Below, one piece after another: positions 19,825 to 20,000 of a DNA stretch of 20,000 bases. A program made the position numbers and the translations under genes. The stretch's first letter is position 1, and every line of letters begins with the position of its first letter. Source of the DNA: Chiloscyllium plagiosum. Its lineage: Eukaryota. The notes under the pieces are model-generated. The model had not been told where the DNA came from. It saw nothing but the letters and a program-made list of their open reading frames with translations, and ran no database searches. The stretch spans positions 9,479,388 through 9,499,387 of the forward strand of contig NC_057753.1 in the NCBI RefSeq assembly GCF_004010195.1, written 5' to 3'.

Positions 19825-20000
19825 ATGGCGCCGTGCGGCCCGGGGCAGACACCCGCCACTGGGCACCGCCGCCTTCCTGGCGCAGCTGCTGTGTCACGCC
19901 CACACCGGCCGGCTGTACAGCAGCCAGGAGCCGGTGAGCATTCTGGAGGCGGAGGGGGTTAAGGGCCTGTTTGGGAACTCGTCGGCCGCCTGGGTGGTGG
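19825..20000 (+). CDS. QSOX1: Quiescin sulfhydryl oxidase, exon 1 (partial; signal peptide and start of thioredoxin domain), with apparent frameshift
   Basis: Frame including 19916 reads LGTAAFLAQLLCHAHTGRLYSSQEPVSILEAEGVKGLFGNSSAAWVV. This aligns without gaps to recalled QSOX1 LYSPSDPLTLLQADTVRGAVLGSRSAWAVEF, just before the WCGHC motif; NSSAAW also resembles QSOX2, so the paralog call is tentative. Confidence 0.8.

Noticed and set aside
19663..19962. 99-aa ORF as a separate gene
   Set aside because: Low-complexity product of the CpG island; the recognisable protein is in another frame.

Overview
Vertebrate genomic DNA, most likely from a shark or other elasmobranch (inferred from HE1/V-SINE, CR1/HER1-type LINE and Penelope-like repeats, and a C2H2 gene beginning 'EKPWKCGDCGKGF'). 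Most of the window is decayed, nested retroelements, with a 500-N gap at 13928-14427. Genic content: (1) an intact 378-aa, 13-finger C2H2 zinc-finger ORF with no effector domain (15753-16889, +); (2) an inverted, pseudogenised paralog of that locus (~3282-4720, -); (3) a CpG-island promoter and the start of exon 1 of a QSOX sulfhydryl oxidase gene at the right edge, whose apparent ATG is out of frame with the conserved domain. The most striking non-coding signal is about ten copies, in at least three families, of Penelope-like terminal repeats carrying intact or decayed minimal hammerhead ribozyme cores (CTGATGA-stem II-GAAA). Several are ~200-bp fold-back elements flanked by target-site duplications, and one lies in the putative 5' UTR of the zinc-finger gene. 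Repeat boundaries were read by eye and are approximate; family names are from recognition, not database searches.
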